Made by a program: the position numbers and the translations under genes
The notes under the pieces: generated by a model
Seen by the model: the letters and a program-made list of their open reading frames with translations, nothing else
Database searches by the model: none
What the model was told of the DNA's origin: nothing
DNA from: the human T2T-CHM13v2.0 reference genome, Homo sapiens
Reading direction: 5' to 3' (one strand)
DNA: 64,000 nucleotides
NCBI RefSeq assembly: GCF_009914755.1
Contig: NC_060948.1
Shown here: positions 1-13,382 of the stretch, in pieces
How the letters are laid out: every line of letters starts with the position of its first letter
How positions within the stretch are numbered: the first letter of the stretch is position 1

Positions 1-394
1 TTTTTACTACATTATTTCCAACCTCTTCTCGTGCTCTTGACTTTAAAGGCAGCAGAGTAGTTCTTTTGGAAATTGTACTACTTGATTAAAAAAAAAATAG
101 GATGCAGAGTATTGCCACCTAACCTGGATTTCCTCGGTTATACTGTGTTTCCTAGTTTATCCTTGTTCTTAACTCCAGTTTCTAATATTAGATATCTGCC
201 TCTCTACCAAGTGGAGTATTAGAATCTCAAGAAGCTTCTCTAGGCCACAGGTTATATGCCATTGGACTTTATTGACTTCCTCTGAGTACAGAGTTAAAGG
301 CTGTTATGAAATAGACCATAGTTTAGGTACAAGGTAGTACTCAGTTCAATATGATATTTGTGGACATTTAGAAAACAAAAGGTTGTGATACAAA

Positions 395-501
395 ACGAGT
401 TAGTGGGTTCAGCGCACCAGCATGGCACATGTATACATATGTAACTAACCTGCACAATGTGCACATGTAACCTAAAACTTAAAGTATAATTTAAAAAAAA
501 A
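395..501 (+). mobile_element. Very short 5'-truncated young L1PA 3' end with poly(A)
   Basis: acgagttagtggg...catatgtaactaacctgcacaatgtgcac...aaaacttaaagtataat + A tail = L1 3'UTR terminus. Confidence 0.9.
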
Positions 502-899
502 GTCAGAGTTATTGTTTCTGATGCACAGGCTAGTTCTGTCTTCCCTTTACATAACTATGGTGGTATCTGCAAAGGAAAAATGTTGAAAGTCTGGGAGACA
601 TATGGTTGTATGATCTCATGCTAAATATGCTTAGAAAAGAGTCTAGCCCATGTATAGCACAGTCCCTGTATCTAACTCTACTTGCTACGCAAATAGTATG
701 GAAACAAGTTATTTCTTTTTCTAGAATGGTATCTTCTGGCATTTTTGAGCAGTGTCACTGTAGATCCCTGAGAAACTGGTACAGCAAAGAGTGAGTAAGG
801 CCAGATAACATGTTATTAAATATTACAATGTATCTCTCTGGCCTAGTGTCATACCTGGAACCATTCACATCACATAAAATAAAAAAGCCAGATTTTGGC

Positions 900-1480
900 T
901 GTGTATTGTTTTTCACCACTCTCCTGTTCATTACCTTTCATCTTATATACCTAAATATATTCTGGCTTTTGTTCCTAAAAAATTTTGAGACTATGGCCTC
1001 CTGCTTCTGCTCCGGCAGAGTGTGGCCATCATTCACACTTTAGACTATCTGCTGTTTTAATAGAACTGTGTATGGGATGAAAATTTTAGAAGGTAAACCA
1101 GTCTGCACTGGAACTTCTTTATTACATACCACAGAAGGCATCTTTACTGACTTGTCCACATGCTCAGTGTAGTGAGTATGAGTGGATTATTTTAATCCAC
1201 TCCTCTAGGTCACTTGGAAAAAGGACATTGTCTGTCTGGTTTTGGCACCAAAGTCTCTTATGTGTAAGTCTTGGTGTGACTCTTTGCCAAGAAGCTCAGT
1301 GCCTCATCCCAATGCTGCTTTATGTGTTGTACGTGTGCAAATGTGACTCATATACAGTAGTAGAAAGAAGCAAAAAACAAAGTGAAACCCCATGAAATCC
1401 ATGTGGACTTTGACACTACTGCAGTACAACTGCATTAATGTGATTGGTAGTGCACCAAGAAGCAGTACAAATAGGTAAAA
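900..1480 (+). pseudogene. Possible highly decayed KDM5 (JmjC) unprocessed pseudogene exon remnants (KDM5DP1-like)
   Basis: With frameshifts 941-1052 reads LIYLN..SG.VP..MASCFC..DYL, near-correct spacing versus KDM5 [26 protein letters not shown]...NYL; ~1424-1457 reads YNC...CT versus YNFAEAVNFCT. Weak, by eye only. Confidence 0.3.
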
Positions 1481-3325
1481 GCTCTATTCAACTCTGTTGT
1501 AACTACTTAAACATCCACACGTAAATGAAAGGGCATAGCTATGCTTTAATACATATTATTATGGTCACTTAAATTTGAATTTAATGAAAATGTTTATGTG
1601 ACCATTTTTTTAGTGATTTATAGTTGTAAAGAAATAATCTTATTTCTTTGATTGTATAAAAACAGGTAGACGGTGGCTAGCTACAGGCCAAAATTTCTCA
1701 ACCCCTTGTCTGAGGAATCAATAAAGAAAGACATAATTATATTTCAATAAATATCTGTTTCACAATTCTGTATTTCTTTTGCCTCTGTACTTTGTGCTTT
1801 AGTTGTTAAAGTCTTATAAAACAACTAAATAGGTTTGTCTTTCTGTGTTTTTTTGGAAATTTCTCTTTACCCTCTTCCTTTAATAACTAAACCTTGTTTC
1901 TCCTCCAGTTTTCCAAATGATGATAATCACTTGATGTCAATATAAATGTTTTATTTGTCTTTCAATATTTTATCTCATATAATTTTTCCTTATCTCTATA
2001 ACTTTCACATCTGTTAAGGATATGGCCTTAATATTCTACAACTATTTCCTCTCAATTATGTACATATAGTAAAATTCCAACTATGTGTATGCATTGCCAT
2101 CTGGTCCATAATTACTTTTTATATGTTCCTGTGTCCCAGCACTCCGCAATCATGCCTGTATTCTCGTCTTCAATAATATGCTGTCATTCCTCCATTACTG
2201 CCAACATATGATGTATAAATAACTAATATACAAATGAGCCAATGAGGGATTCTGTTTGTTTACTGGTCACCAAGTAACTTATTTTTTTCACTGCAGCCTA
2301 ACCCTTCCAGAAGCAAAGCTATTGTTTTATATATCCAGTTATATTTATAAAGGAAGTCAAAATAAACAGATTTTAGCCATTATATTCTTTTGGTTTGAAA
2401 TGCCCCAAAAACTTTGCTAAATATGTGTTTCAGATAAAATAGAAACTTTTCTGCGCAACCCCAAGACCAGCAGTGAACTTGGAACTTTGGGATGTAAATT
2501 CCTTTTATATCCCAATGTAATGGTCTTTTCAGCAACATTACTTAGATATAATTTCTCTTTGACTCTCTTCTTTATTCAAAATCACCTTAACCTATTTAGC
2601 ACTTGAATGATAATTCCTGCACCTCAACTCTCTTCAGTCTCATACTGTGAGAGTCTTTTCCTCTCATCCAACAATCTGAAATAAAAATTGTGTGTGTTAC
2701 TTCCTCCCATGGTCATTTTTTTTTTGATGACCAGCACCCATCCAGCAATACTTCTATGCATTGCTTCATACAGGTAAATTGCCAAAATTAAATGTTCACC
2801 CATGTTGTTCTTTTTTTAAAAGCTCAAACAGCATATTTTTTATCATTTAGCCTTTTTCTGCTTTTTATACCCCAAAAGATTCATCACCAGGCATCTATTG
2901 GCCATTGATGAGAAAAAGCCTTGCTACTATTGACCTTCAAGGTGCAATTGCTGTTTTAATTCTCTCACTCACTCTCACTGCTGGGTTGCCAAGTGGCATC
3001 ACCCAGACAAATCAGACCCATCTAGAATATGACTACCTGGAAGTCTTTTGCCCTCCTCCCATTCAGGATGATGGCTCCTTTTCTGGGAGAGGTAATAGAG
3101 AAGAGAAACTAGAGACAAATTACAAAAAGGAGAACCAGTTAAATGAAGCCTTAACACCATTCGGTGAGAGCTACTCTTTTCATCAGTCTCTTCCACAAAT
3201 GCTCTCTAAATTTTGTTACTAGAAGGCAGCAACCTCAATGTCAGGGTTCAAGGTGTTATTATTGGGAATTTCCATCATGGTTAAAGTGATGGGTTAGCAG
3301 GACTATGGGTGAGCTATCTACTTAC

Positions 3326-4435
3326 AGCGAGTGTGTCAAATTGGGGTCAGACAGAAAGAGCAGCAAGGAACTAAACTGGGCCATGGTGATGACATTAGAA
3401 AGTCAGCATCTCCTGGCACAACTGTGTAAGCATGGCAACTGTCTTGGGCTCTCTGAAATCAATCCAAAACCCACCTGGTGAGTTACTAGATGACAGATCG
3501 TGGGGACCCTCTACAGCCAGAGCACTCTTCAACCTGGAATACAAAATAGGGAACTGCAAAATCTGGCTTTTTGTACTCTTTTTCTCAATGATTAGAGAGA
3601 TGAAAAGATAACGAAAAGGTGAGGGTAGGGATACCAGGAAGCAGTTGGACAAGGCAGAAGGAACAACAATGCAGCTATATCCACAAGAAAATCCAGCACT
3701 GTGAACTGTGCCTTGGCTATTTGCTCCTGCTCCTTCACCTCTGCCTGGCTCACAATCATCTCCTAGAAGCAAAAATTCCTTAAAGCACAGTCACGAAGCA
3801 GTATTTCGTCTTTATTTCCAGGTCCAGCTGAAATATAACCACATTTAAATAATGCGGTTTTCAATAATTTTCTTTATCAGAACCTCCCATCAGAGTCCAA
3901 GGGCAGAATTTGTTGAAGTGAGTGTTTTGACAGGATCTAAGAAAGAGTATCAGGACAGCTCAGGGACCCTATAGGGCACTGGAGGCACCAGGTGAGTAAA
4001 ACAACATGATATGTAAAACAAAGACATAGGTTACTGCTGACATGGGCTATGGCCAGGGTGGAAAGAGGCTTCAAGGACTGTGAAAACTAACCTTTGTACA
4101 TTTCCAAAATTGTGATATTTTGGAAGCCAAGCAGGAGCTGTTCTGATAGGTTTCAGGATAACGGCCTGCCATCCTGGAGTTGCTGATGAAATGCCTGTCA
4201 TTCCCTATACAAAGAAAGGCTGTTTGCAGGCTTACTTACCATTCACTTGCCTGCCCACGTATGCAGAAGTACAGAATGGGAGTGAGAAGGAAGGAGTCAG
4301 GTGACCTTTCAGGTTGTTGGTACGATGCTCTGGTTTGCTTTGTTGTGCTGACTTGGAGAGAAAGCTTAGCACACGATTCTGGGTATAGAAGCCTTAATGC
4401 CTAAGCAGCTCCTGGCTTAGGTTCACTGCCCTGAG
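3326..4435 (-). ncRNA. Putative lncRNA exons (TTTY10-like): exon ~4435-4240 and exon 3533-3326
   Basis: Minus-strand donor AATG|GTAAGT at 4240, acceptor ttttgtattccag|G at 3533, donor GCT|GTAAGT at 3326; distance from EIF1AY (~56 kb) agrees with recalled position of the TTTY10 5' end. Confidence 0.45.
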
Positions 4436-5742
4436 AACTGCAGAAGCATAGACAACATGTTTTTTCATGCAAGTGAAAGCTGTAAAAACCTATAACCTTA
4501 ATAGCATGAATGTATTGATTCACTTATATCATCTTGCTCAAAAGCAGAGCAGGATTTTACCACCTTGATATTATGAGTACTTAGGATGTTGCCACTTATT
4601 TTTCAGCTGTGAAAATGTCCACTGCAGAATGCAGCATCTTCTAGAAAACCTTCCTGACAAGTTTCTTTCCTCCATCACTGTCTCAGGGTATGAGATTTTT
4701 AGTTTGCTGACAAATCTCTTTTGTCTGCTGACAACTACTTCTATGAATCTTTCCGCATACCAGACCCTGACAAAATTCACCCATATACTAAAGGTCCCAA
4801 TAAGAAACTCCTAGCCCCAGCTTTCCCCAATGTACCTCTGTCTCCACAAAACCTGGGCTACTACTGTACTGAATTACATTTCCTCCCCACCAAATAAGAT
4901 GCCGGTAAACAATCTTTCATTTGCTTCTGTAATCCATTTTACAAACTGTATTTATAATCAAGGCCCCAGGATGCTAGATGGACCCAACATTCAGTCCCAT
5001 TTCTAATGCCCATTTCTAATGCAGTAAGGGCAAGGGACTTTGCAAATATGGGATTCCTTGACAAAGACAGAGAAAAATAGAAAGAAAAACAAACAAGAAC
5101 ACATCCTATAATACATTCATTACTATGGCATATATGAACATGAATGGGGTAGTAAAAGCCCCTACAGATGTCTGCTTTGTATCTGGGTCTGCTCTGTGAG
5201 TCCATCTGAGTTATTTCCAGACCCAGGACAGTTACATTATGTCCTGAGCAAGCCCAAAGTACAGCCACCTGCTTTGAGATTTACCCTTTTATTGTGCCCC
5301 TCCCTTAAAGCTCTTATCATTATTTTTTGATCAGCCAGGGAATGTCCTGTGTCAGGTCTTGAGTTGGTTGATAAGCAGTGGCTCTAAGAAAGGTCAGCTA
5401 AGTTGGGCTGGTACACTCTCAGCCCTTTGACATCTCCTAATATATTGGCCTAGCAGGAAAAACAGTCAGAGACAAAGCAGGAGTGTACCTGAGATGAAGC
5501 GGAATTTAAGAATTGGAAGCTCAAACCCTGACACTTCCTGGCACACACACTGAGCTACGAAGTATTGTGTAATCTCTAAGGTCAGGCTTCTGGGTTCCTG
5601 AGAGACTCACAGTGGAAGACAACTGCAAGTCAGGTGCAGGGGTCCTCTGTCTTCTGCAATGGGAAGAAAGGCACTTCTGGAATTTTCTACTCAACTTTTC
5701 CCCTGTATTACGTAAAATAGGATTAAGAAGCAAAAAAAAAAA

Positions 5743-6030
5743 TTTTTTTAGACGGAGTCTCACTAGGTTGCCCAGGCTGGAGTGCAGTTGCACAATCTCG
5801 GCTCGCTGCAACTTCTTTCTCCTGAGTTCAAGTGATTCTCCTGGCTCAGCCTCCCCAGTAGCTAGGATTACAGGCACATGTCACCACACCTGGCTAATTT
5901 TTATATTTTCAGTACAGACAGGTTTTCACCATGTTGGCCAGACTGGCTGGTCTCGATCTCCTGACCTCGTGATCCGCCCGCCTCAGCCTCCCAAAGTGCC
6001 AGGATTAAAGACATAAGCCACCACATACAT
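5743..6030 (-). mobile_element. Alu (AluS-like)
   Basis: T-run then gacggagtctcact...cccaggctggagtgcag...cctcccaaagtg. Confidence 0.95.
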
Positions 6031-6779
6031 CCCCATAAAAAGCAAATTTTGAGCAAAGTTGTATCTTATCAACCAGGATTCAGATTGGAGACCACCTGGT
6101 AATACTGAGTGCTGTATGCTTTTGCTTTCAACCAGCATCATCACAAATGTCTTCCAAAGCCAGGATCCCTCTAAACACTTGCTTCCCTCCACTGATATGC
6201 ACTGTGACCCCAAAATGGTGGAGCAGAGAGTTAGTGGCATCTCAGTCCTTCAAATGTGCACCACTATTATTGTACAGTAGCAAGGGACTACCAAGTATGG
6301 GCAGATTCTTGACATCATACACTTGGACTACTTACTTTAGACTTCTTTTCTCCTGAATACAATTCACTGCCAGTTGACAGACATCCACAAAGTTTGAAAA
6401 TAGGGACTGTGTGACCCAACTTATGACACAGTCTGAATTACTGTTGGCATGATCATTGCTATTGCTCTCAAGATAATGCAATGATTTTTCATTAGTTGAG
6501 AACTCTGTGCAGAAAAAATAAAATAAAAATATATTACTTCAAATTACTAACTTTTCTTCATGAGAAGCAGCCAGAATGGAAACACAAAATTCCCACAGAA
6601 CATAATTGGTATTCTATGCTTTTGAGAGTAACTGCCAGTCCAAGGAAAGTGATTACAATGTGATTGAATTTTTTTAAAGCATGGCATGTTGTAGCAGTTG
6701 TAAGTTAGCATGCCTTCATTATGTTTGTGTCATTGCTGAGGTAAATATTCTACTTCACTGCCAGTCCTGTGAGTCTAGC

Positions 6780-7150
6780 ATATATATATACACACATACA
6801 GATACACATATGCACACACACATTAAAATACATATGTATTTATATATAAAAATATATAATATATAAATATATAAATGTATATATGTATTTTATATATATT
6901 AAATATATAAATATAAAAAACATAAAATATATCTCATATATAATAGAATAGTATTATTTAATATATTATACATATTTATATATAAAATATATTATCTATT
7001 ATATATGATATAAAACATATTTTAATATATATTTATATATAAAATAATTACCTGTTATTAAGTTTTATGTATGGAACATTTATATATTTACATAATACAA
7101 TATATAACATATATTTATATATATAAATGCTCAATACATAAAATTTAATA
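6780..7150. repeat. (TA)n/(CA)n AT-rich low-complexity tract
   Basis: Nearly pure A/T with degenerate TA repeats. Confidence 0.9.
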
Positions 7151-7234
7151 ATAAAATGTAACTATTTTAACAACAAATGACTTACATATTGCCTATATCA
7201 TACTTTTTTATTATTACCCTAGAATATGTTTCTT

Positions 7235-8322
7235 CTATTTTTTATTTTAAATTTTAGATTTTGTGGATACATAGTAGGTATATATATTTATGGGGAAAAT
7301 TACATATTTTGTTACAGGGATGCAGAGAGTGATAATCACAATAATAAGGAATGCGACATACATCCCCTCAGGCATTTATCTTTTGTATTGGCAACAGTTC
7401 AATTAAAGTGTTTTAGTAATTTTAAACATACAGTTAAATTATTATTAAATATAGCCATTCTGTTGTGCTATCAAATACTAGGTCCTGTTCTTCCTTTCTA
7501 ATTATTTTTGTACCCATCCCCCCCTCGCACATCATCCCCACTACCCATCCGAGCCTCTGGCAACCATCTTTCTACTCTTTATCTCCATTAGTCCAATTAT
7601 TTTGATTTTTAGATCCCACAAATAAGTGAGAACATGTGATGCTTGACCTCTAGTTTCATCCATGTTTCAAATAACAGAATCTCATTTTCTTTATGCATAA
7701 ATAGTACTCCACTCCATTGTACCACATTTTCTTGATCCGGTCATCTATTAAACAGGAATGTAAAATAGTACATTCCTGGTGAATCACTGATCATCAGGGA
7801 AATGCAACATCAACATCATTAATCATCTGGGAAATGCACATTAAAATTACAGGGAGATACCATCTCATGCCTGTTAAAATGGCTTGTAGCAAAAAGACAG
7901 GTAATAACAACTGGCTTATAGCCAAAAGACAGGCAATAACAACTGGCTTATAGCCAAAAGACAGGCAATAACAACTGGCTTATAGCCAAAAGACAGGCAA
8001 TAAGAATTTCTGACAAGGATGTGGACAAAGACAGGCAATAACAATTGGCTTATAGCCAAAAGGATGTGGAGAAAGGCAATAAAAATTGGCTTATAGCCAA
8101 AAGACAGGAATAACAATTTCTGACAAGGATGTGGAGAAGATGGAACTTTGTATGAACAGTTTTGAGGTCTCTCAAAAAACTAAAAATAGAGATACCATAT
8201 GGTCAACTAATCCCATTGCTGGGTATACACTCAAAAGAAAGAAAATCAGTGTGTTGAAGAGTTTGTTATAGCACTGTTCACCATTGCTAATATCTGAAAG
8301 CAACCTGTGCCTATCAACAGAA
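7235..8322 (-). mobile_element. Old L1 (L1PB/L1MA-like) 3' end, 5'-inverted (minus 7235-7750, plus ~7780-8322)
   Basis: Minus part = L1 3'UTR up to the DEWIKKMW-coding region; plus part = ORF2 C-terminus (SLIIREMQ..., RYHL..., ending at the KQP..ST region). Confidence 0.8.
7880..8135 (+). repeat. 32-bp tandem repeat TGGCTTATAGCCAAAAGACAGGCAATAACAAC, ~4 full plus ~3 mosaic copies
   Basis: Units at 7880, 7912, 7944, 7976, then partial copies interleaved with ggatgtgga. Confidence 0.9.
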
Positions 8323-8349
8323 TAAACTTCTATTATTATTTAAGTTAAG

Positions 8350-9190
8350 TTGATGTTAGCCTCACACAGATTCTTCAGCAACTATTCCAGTAGAATACAT
8401 TGTTGTCATGGGAGATAACAGCTGCACACCTGTCATTCAAAGATGTAAGACAGCTCCACACCTGTTTACTTGAAAAGCTTTCAGTAAGACAAGGTGTGAA
8501 GGTGGAAAGTGGCTATATTGACATGTAACACAGTACAGGCCTAGTACAACATGCATGTTTGTAGCTCAGTTTTTATAATGTTGTAAATGTAAAAAAAAAA
8601 TTAAAAACATTCATAAGAATGTACAGAAATAAGATATTGTTTGTGCACCAGTACAATATACTTGTATTATAATTTTAAGTTAAATTATTAGAATATAAAT
8701 TTTAACAGAATTTCCAAGTTTATGGAGTGAAAAATCTACAGTATCTGGTAAGTTTTTGAAGAATGACACTTTATAAGATAAATTTAATGCAGCCTAAGTA
8801 TATAGTATTTATAATGCATAGTAGTGTACAGCAGGGCACTGGGCCTTCACATTCATTTACCATTCACTCACTGACTTACCCAGAACATCTTTCTGTCCTG
8901 CATTCTTCTCTCATTGTAAGTACTCTATATAGGTGTACCATATTTCACATCCTACATAACATGTTTACTGTACTTTTTAAATTTTTACACATGCTTAGAT
9001 GTAAAAATACTACTTTGTTATAATTGGCTTCAATATTTAGTATAGTAATAAATAGGATTGCAGCCTACAATGGATAGGCTATATGTTATAACTTTGGCAT
9101 GTAGTAGGCTATATTTATTTGTGAAAGTAAACTCTAAATTGTTCACTCAATAATGGAATTGCCAAAAATGCCTTTAAATCATTAAAAAAT
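8350..9190. mobile_element. Tigger3/MER7-type DNA transposon fossil
   Basis: cattgttgtcatgggagataacagct, gacaaggtgtgaaggtggaa, cacattcatttaccattcactcactgact and terminal gtagtaggcta motifs of Tigger3b. Confidence 0.75.
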
Positions 9191-10739
9191 GCTTTAATGT
9201 ATTTGTAATTAGTTTGCATTGGTGGTGCCAGTGGGAGAATGGGAAGCTTGTCTTACTTTTTCCTTCAATCCACACACTTTCTGTAGCCCCAGAGTAGTTA
9301 ATTTATAGTATTTATTTTCTTAGATGATGCATTACTAGGGCTTTTATAAGGGAAAGAGGAAGTGGCAGGAACTCCCAGAGAAACAGGGTGTAACCACACT
9401 AAAAAATTGAAAAGCAGTTGCTCTGGTTTCTCTTCTAGCAGGATGCTATATAACATGCTTTTTTTTCTTACCTCTATAGACCTTTGAATTCAATAGCAAA
9501 TATTTTCTGCAGGACTCCTCCATGTCATCTAGGTTCAGACACTCACCCAGCATCTCTTTATTCAGGCATCAACCTGTACTCTGCATGTACATTGCATGTA
9601 CATCTACCACAATGTTTGGTCCTTGGTGATGTTGTCGAACCTATCTATAGAAGGAACAGGTGGTCAAATGTTAATATGCTTTTCAACTTGTTCCACTAGT
9701 GTATTAAATAGATGCATTTTATCCATATACACTAGCCTCAATGTATTCTCTCTCTCTCTTTCCTTTTATTGTCTATTAGATGAACAAACCGAGGCAGAAT
9801 ATCTTGCCCCTAGGATTCCTGTCTGTAAAAACCAACAGTAGCATTTTCATTTGTTCCTGGGACATTACAGAAAATGGGGGGCACTTGCTCAAGAGATTTC
9901 CCACCGTGAACACTGAGAAAGAATCCATGTTCAAAACTTAGAACTACATTACTGTAGGCTTCTAGGGGTTTCTGGGGATAGCAGCTAGGAATGGATGAGG
10001 GAAAATCTTAAACTGGATTATCTCAGGTATGGAAGGTTAAGTTATTCTATCCTGCCCTGCTTCTCACTCTATTCTGCCTATTCCTTTTCTTTGGTTTCAG
10101 TATTGAATGCAAGACAGTATTCCCTTTGCTAAGTGTACTGCTGGTCTAGAAAATATTTAGTAATATGCAGATTGTCTAGCAGGATGATTTTTAGGGGTTC
10201 ACATTTTCTAGTTTATAAGATCTTTCCCTGGAAACATCTCTTTCCCAATATTAGATATTGGCCAATATCCAAGTTGCAGCTTTGAAACCTTAGGAAGTCT
10301 CTTTGGACCACAGTGCTTATGTAGATTGCCTTTCTTCAGAGGAGATGCAGAGAAATGCTTGGGAAATGCATTTCCCCCATCTTGACATCTAATTTAGAAC
10401 AAAAATATTTTCTCACCTAGAAAAATATTGTTTCCTTTGAAAGGAGACAGTTCTCAGTCTTCTTTGCAACTTCCTATTAACCAATGACTGCTTTCTTACT
10501 TTACCCTATTCAAACTGTTTTCCTGCATGGGAGAGTTGTGCCTTTTTTCAACCTCAATTACCTTTCTGAAATGTAAAGGGAAAGGGAAAGCTTTCTGACT
10601 TAATTATAATAACTCTAGGCTCTGGCAATGTGTGTTTGATTCTTTCTGGAGATAAAGTACACTACCATGTGTTTCTTCCTCTTGAGAGCAGTAAAAAGTG
10701 GAGTGGGAGCCATTGAGATGAGAGAAAAAGGAAATCATA

Positions 10740-11445
10740 ACTCTCTGATGTATTTTGTGCTGGTGATTTCTCCATCAGGGAGACAAGCTTGAGCTTAATT
10801 ACTGTCCAATGGAGTTAAACCCCTTGGCTGGGGAAGGGGAAATCTCCCATGGCATGTGGCAGAAAATGCCAGCCAGATGCCCTGGGTGCCTTGGGTCATG
10901 CATCCCAGCCCAGCAGGGAGGGGAGAAGTGAAAAACTGCTGCTCACTAGTCCGTCTTGTAAAAGGAATGAAGGCCATGTAAAGGACCCAGACCCCTTAAG
11001 CTCAGATGTTCGAAGATAAAAAGGCTTACAAACCACAGTGAGAGGTTTTGATTCCCTATTTTCCTCACCACTTCTTCAGGCCCCACATGGCATGCCTAAA
11101 AATATCGCAGGACATTTCCTTAGTTCAGCTAAAGATAAGATCCTTGTCTCATAACCACAAAAATTTAGTCTCACAGATGGTTTGAAAGGTGAGTAAAGCA
11201 AGGCTTTATTGGGTGAAATTTTTTTAAAAAAGGAAAAATAGGGACTCTCCACAAGGCTAGAGTTCCTCTCATTTGCTTCCCGCCTCACAGTTTGAATTCC
11301 AGGTTTTACACAGGAATAGGAGGGGCAAGGCTTCTCCCCACTGCAAATGTCATGAACTTCCGTGGCTCCATCTCAGTGTGCATTCCTCCCAGTGTGCAGG
11401 TTCGCTGACATTTTGCAAGAAACCCCCTCACAACTTTCTGTCTCA
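10740..11445 (-). mobile_element. MER61-like ERV1 5' LTR (11103-11445) with degenerate PBS and leader fragment
   Basis: Reverse complement begins tgagacag...cacactgggagg...ggagccacggaagttc and ends agctgaactaagga; followed by taggcatgccatgtggggcc, resembling a Lys PBS (TGGCGCCCAACGTGGGGC). Confidence 0.7.
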
Positions 11446-12376
11446 GCATAAAATCAGAATAAAGCTATCATTCTTTCTTGTGGTCTTTAGTGCAGCTCTC
11501 TTTCTAAAGTCCTAAAAGATAAAGACAAATGCAATAGAAATTGCCACACATTGCTTCAGTAATGTTCACAAAACCATAATGTTTTAGAAGCCACTCCTCT
11601 CTTTTTTTCCCCTAAGTTGGATACATATTTAGAGTATCCATGAGACAAATTACAGGAATACAAGCTGTCTCAAATCATTAAAACCACATGGGCATCCCAC
11701 CCAGAAAGCTGGCTAAGTGACTTGGTGTCACCTTGTTCACAGCAGAAGTTGTAGTCTACAGCCTCTATTCTTGCCACCAAACTTTTGATTTCCAATGAGA
11801 ATTAAAAGCCCACAGTTCCAGCATGCAGGCCACATGTCTGAAAACAACCTTTAAAACTACAACCCAGAACAAAGGAAGGGACTGTGATTCTTAGAGAAGT
11901 AAGTGCTTTTCAACTTCAAATCTCAGGCCAAGCATAGGCTCATTTAGGAATTTGGTGCCACTAGCATGAGGCAAAACATATATTAGAGAAGACTCACTCT
12001 GAAATAAAACCATGTAACAGGTTTTTACCAGAGAAACTAAGTGACCTAGGCTGAGTAGGCAAAATGAGCCCAGCAGCCCCCAGTCAAACTTGGGCAAAAA
12101 AGTCACCAGCCAATAAGTTTTTCTGTGACACTCACAAGGCTAAAGTTTATTTTCCCCTGTGGATAAAGCAGTTTTTATGAAAAGAAAATAGTAAAATAAC
12201 TATTTCATTGGTCTCTTTTTTCATAATCAAGATAATCTTGAATTAGTTAACAGCATAAAAATTTTTATATCAACACTAGTAGCAAAGTCAGCCAATTCAA
12301 ACTAAGCAAAAAATACATATGTAAGCAAAAGTATGTATACTTTATAGTTGTAGACTTTTAAAAATAACGATTTGTG

Positions 12377-12690
12377 GACCAGACACTATGGCTCTCACCT
12401 GTACTCCCAGAACTTGGGGAGCCTGCGGCAGGCAGATCACTTGATCTTGGGAGTTCAAAACCAGCCTGGCCAATGGTATGAAACCTGTCTCTAAAAAAAA
12501 AATACTAAAAATTAGCCAGATATGGTAGCATGTGCCTATAGTCCCAGCTGCTCAGGAGGCTGAGGCATGATAATCACTTGAACCCAGGAGGCAGAGGTTT
12601 TAGTAAGCCAAAATTGCACCACTGTACTCTATTCCAGGTGACAGATGAACATGGTCCTGACATAAAGCAATACAAATAAAAACAAAATAA
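12377..12690 (+). mobile_element. Alu (old, AluJ/S-like) within decayed ERV1 internal sequence
   Basis: ggaccagacactatggctctcacctgta...gatcacttga...cccagctgctcaggaggctgagg, A-rich tail. Confidence 0.9.
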
Positions 12691-13067
12691 CTATTTGAGC
12701 ACTATACATGAAATGTTTCTTGATGTAATTTGGCCATTCAATATAAAATGTGCACTAAAACAGGCCATCCTTTGTAACTAGATGAAGTCTAAGAAAACTT
12801 GGCAAACAATGTTTAAGAGTTTCATTTTGATAATTTCAATGTCATTTCTCTTTTGGTAAGTTTCTCTAGTTCAGGGAGATATTTGATGGATTGCTGATTA
12901 AAAATCAGTTCTCTGGTGCCTTGTCTTTGTTTTGATTTTCATTTTAAATTATTTGTTTCTCATCGGTACAGCTACAGAGAGAATTTTTAAATCCAGACTT
13001 TTAAAAATCACAAACTTTATCAATGAATCTTGAGTCCCTAGAAAGAAGTATTATGACACCAGAGTAG

Positions 13068-13382
<315 letters not shown>

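Noticed and set aside
2905-3222. 105-aa ORF with signal-peptide-like N-terminus
   Set aside because: ORF opens at TTG/weak ATG context, no recognisable homology or promoter; compatible with chance
4240-4340. Minus-strand KDM5 PHD-like match (HRTNN...FCIRGQ)
   Set aside because: Short, needs frameshifts and is on the opposite strand to the JmjC-like remnants; indistinguishable from chance by eye
7880-8135. CRISPR-like array (32-bp palindromic repeat)
   Set aside because: Units are head-to-tail without unique spacers, derive from L1 ORF2, context is eukaryotic and no cas genes are present
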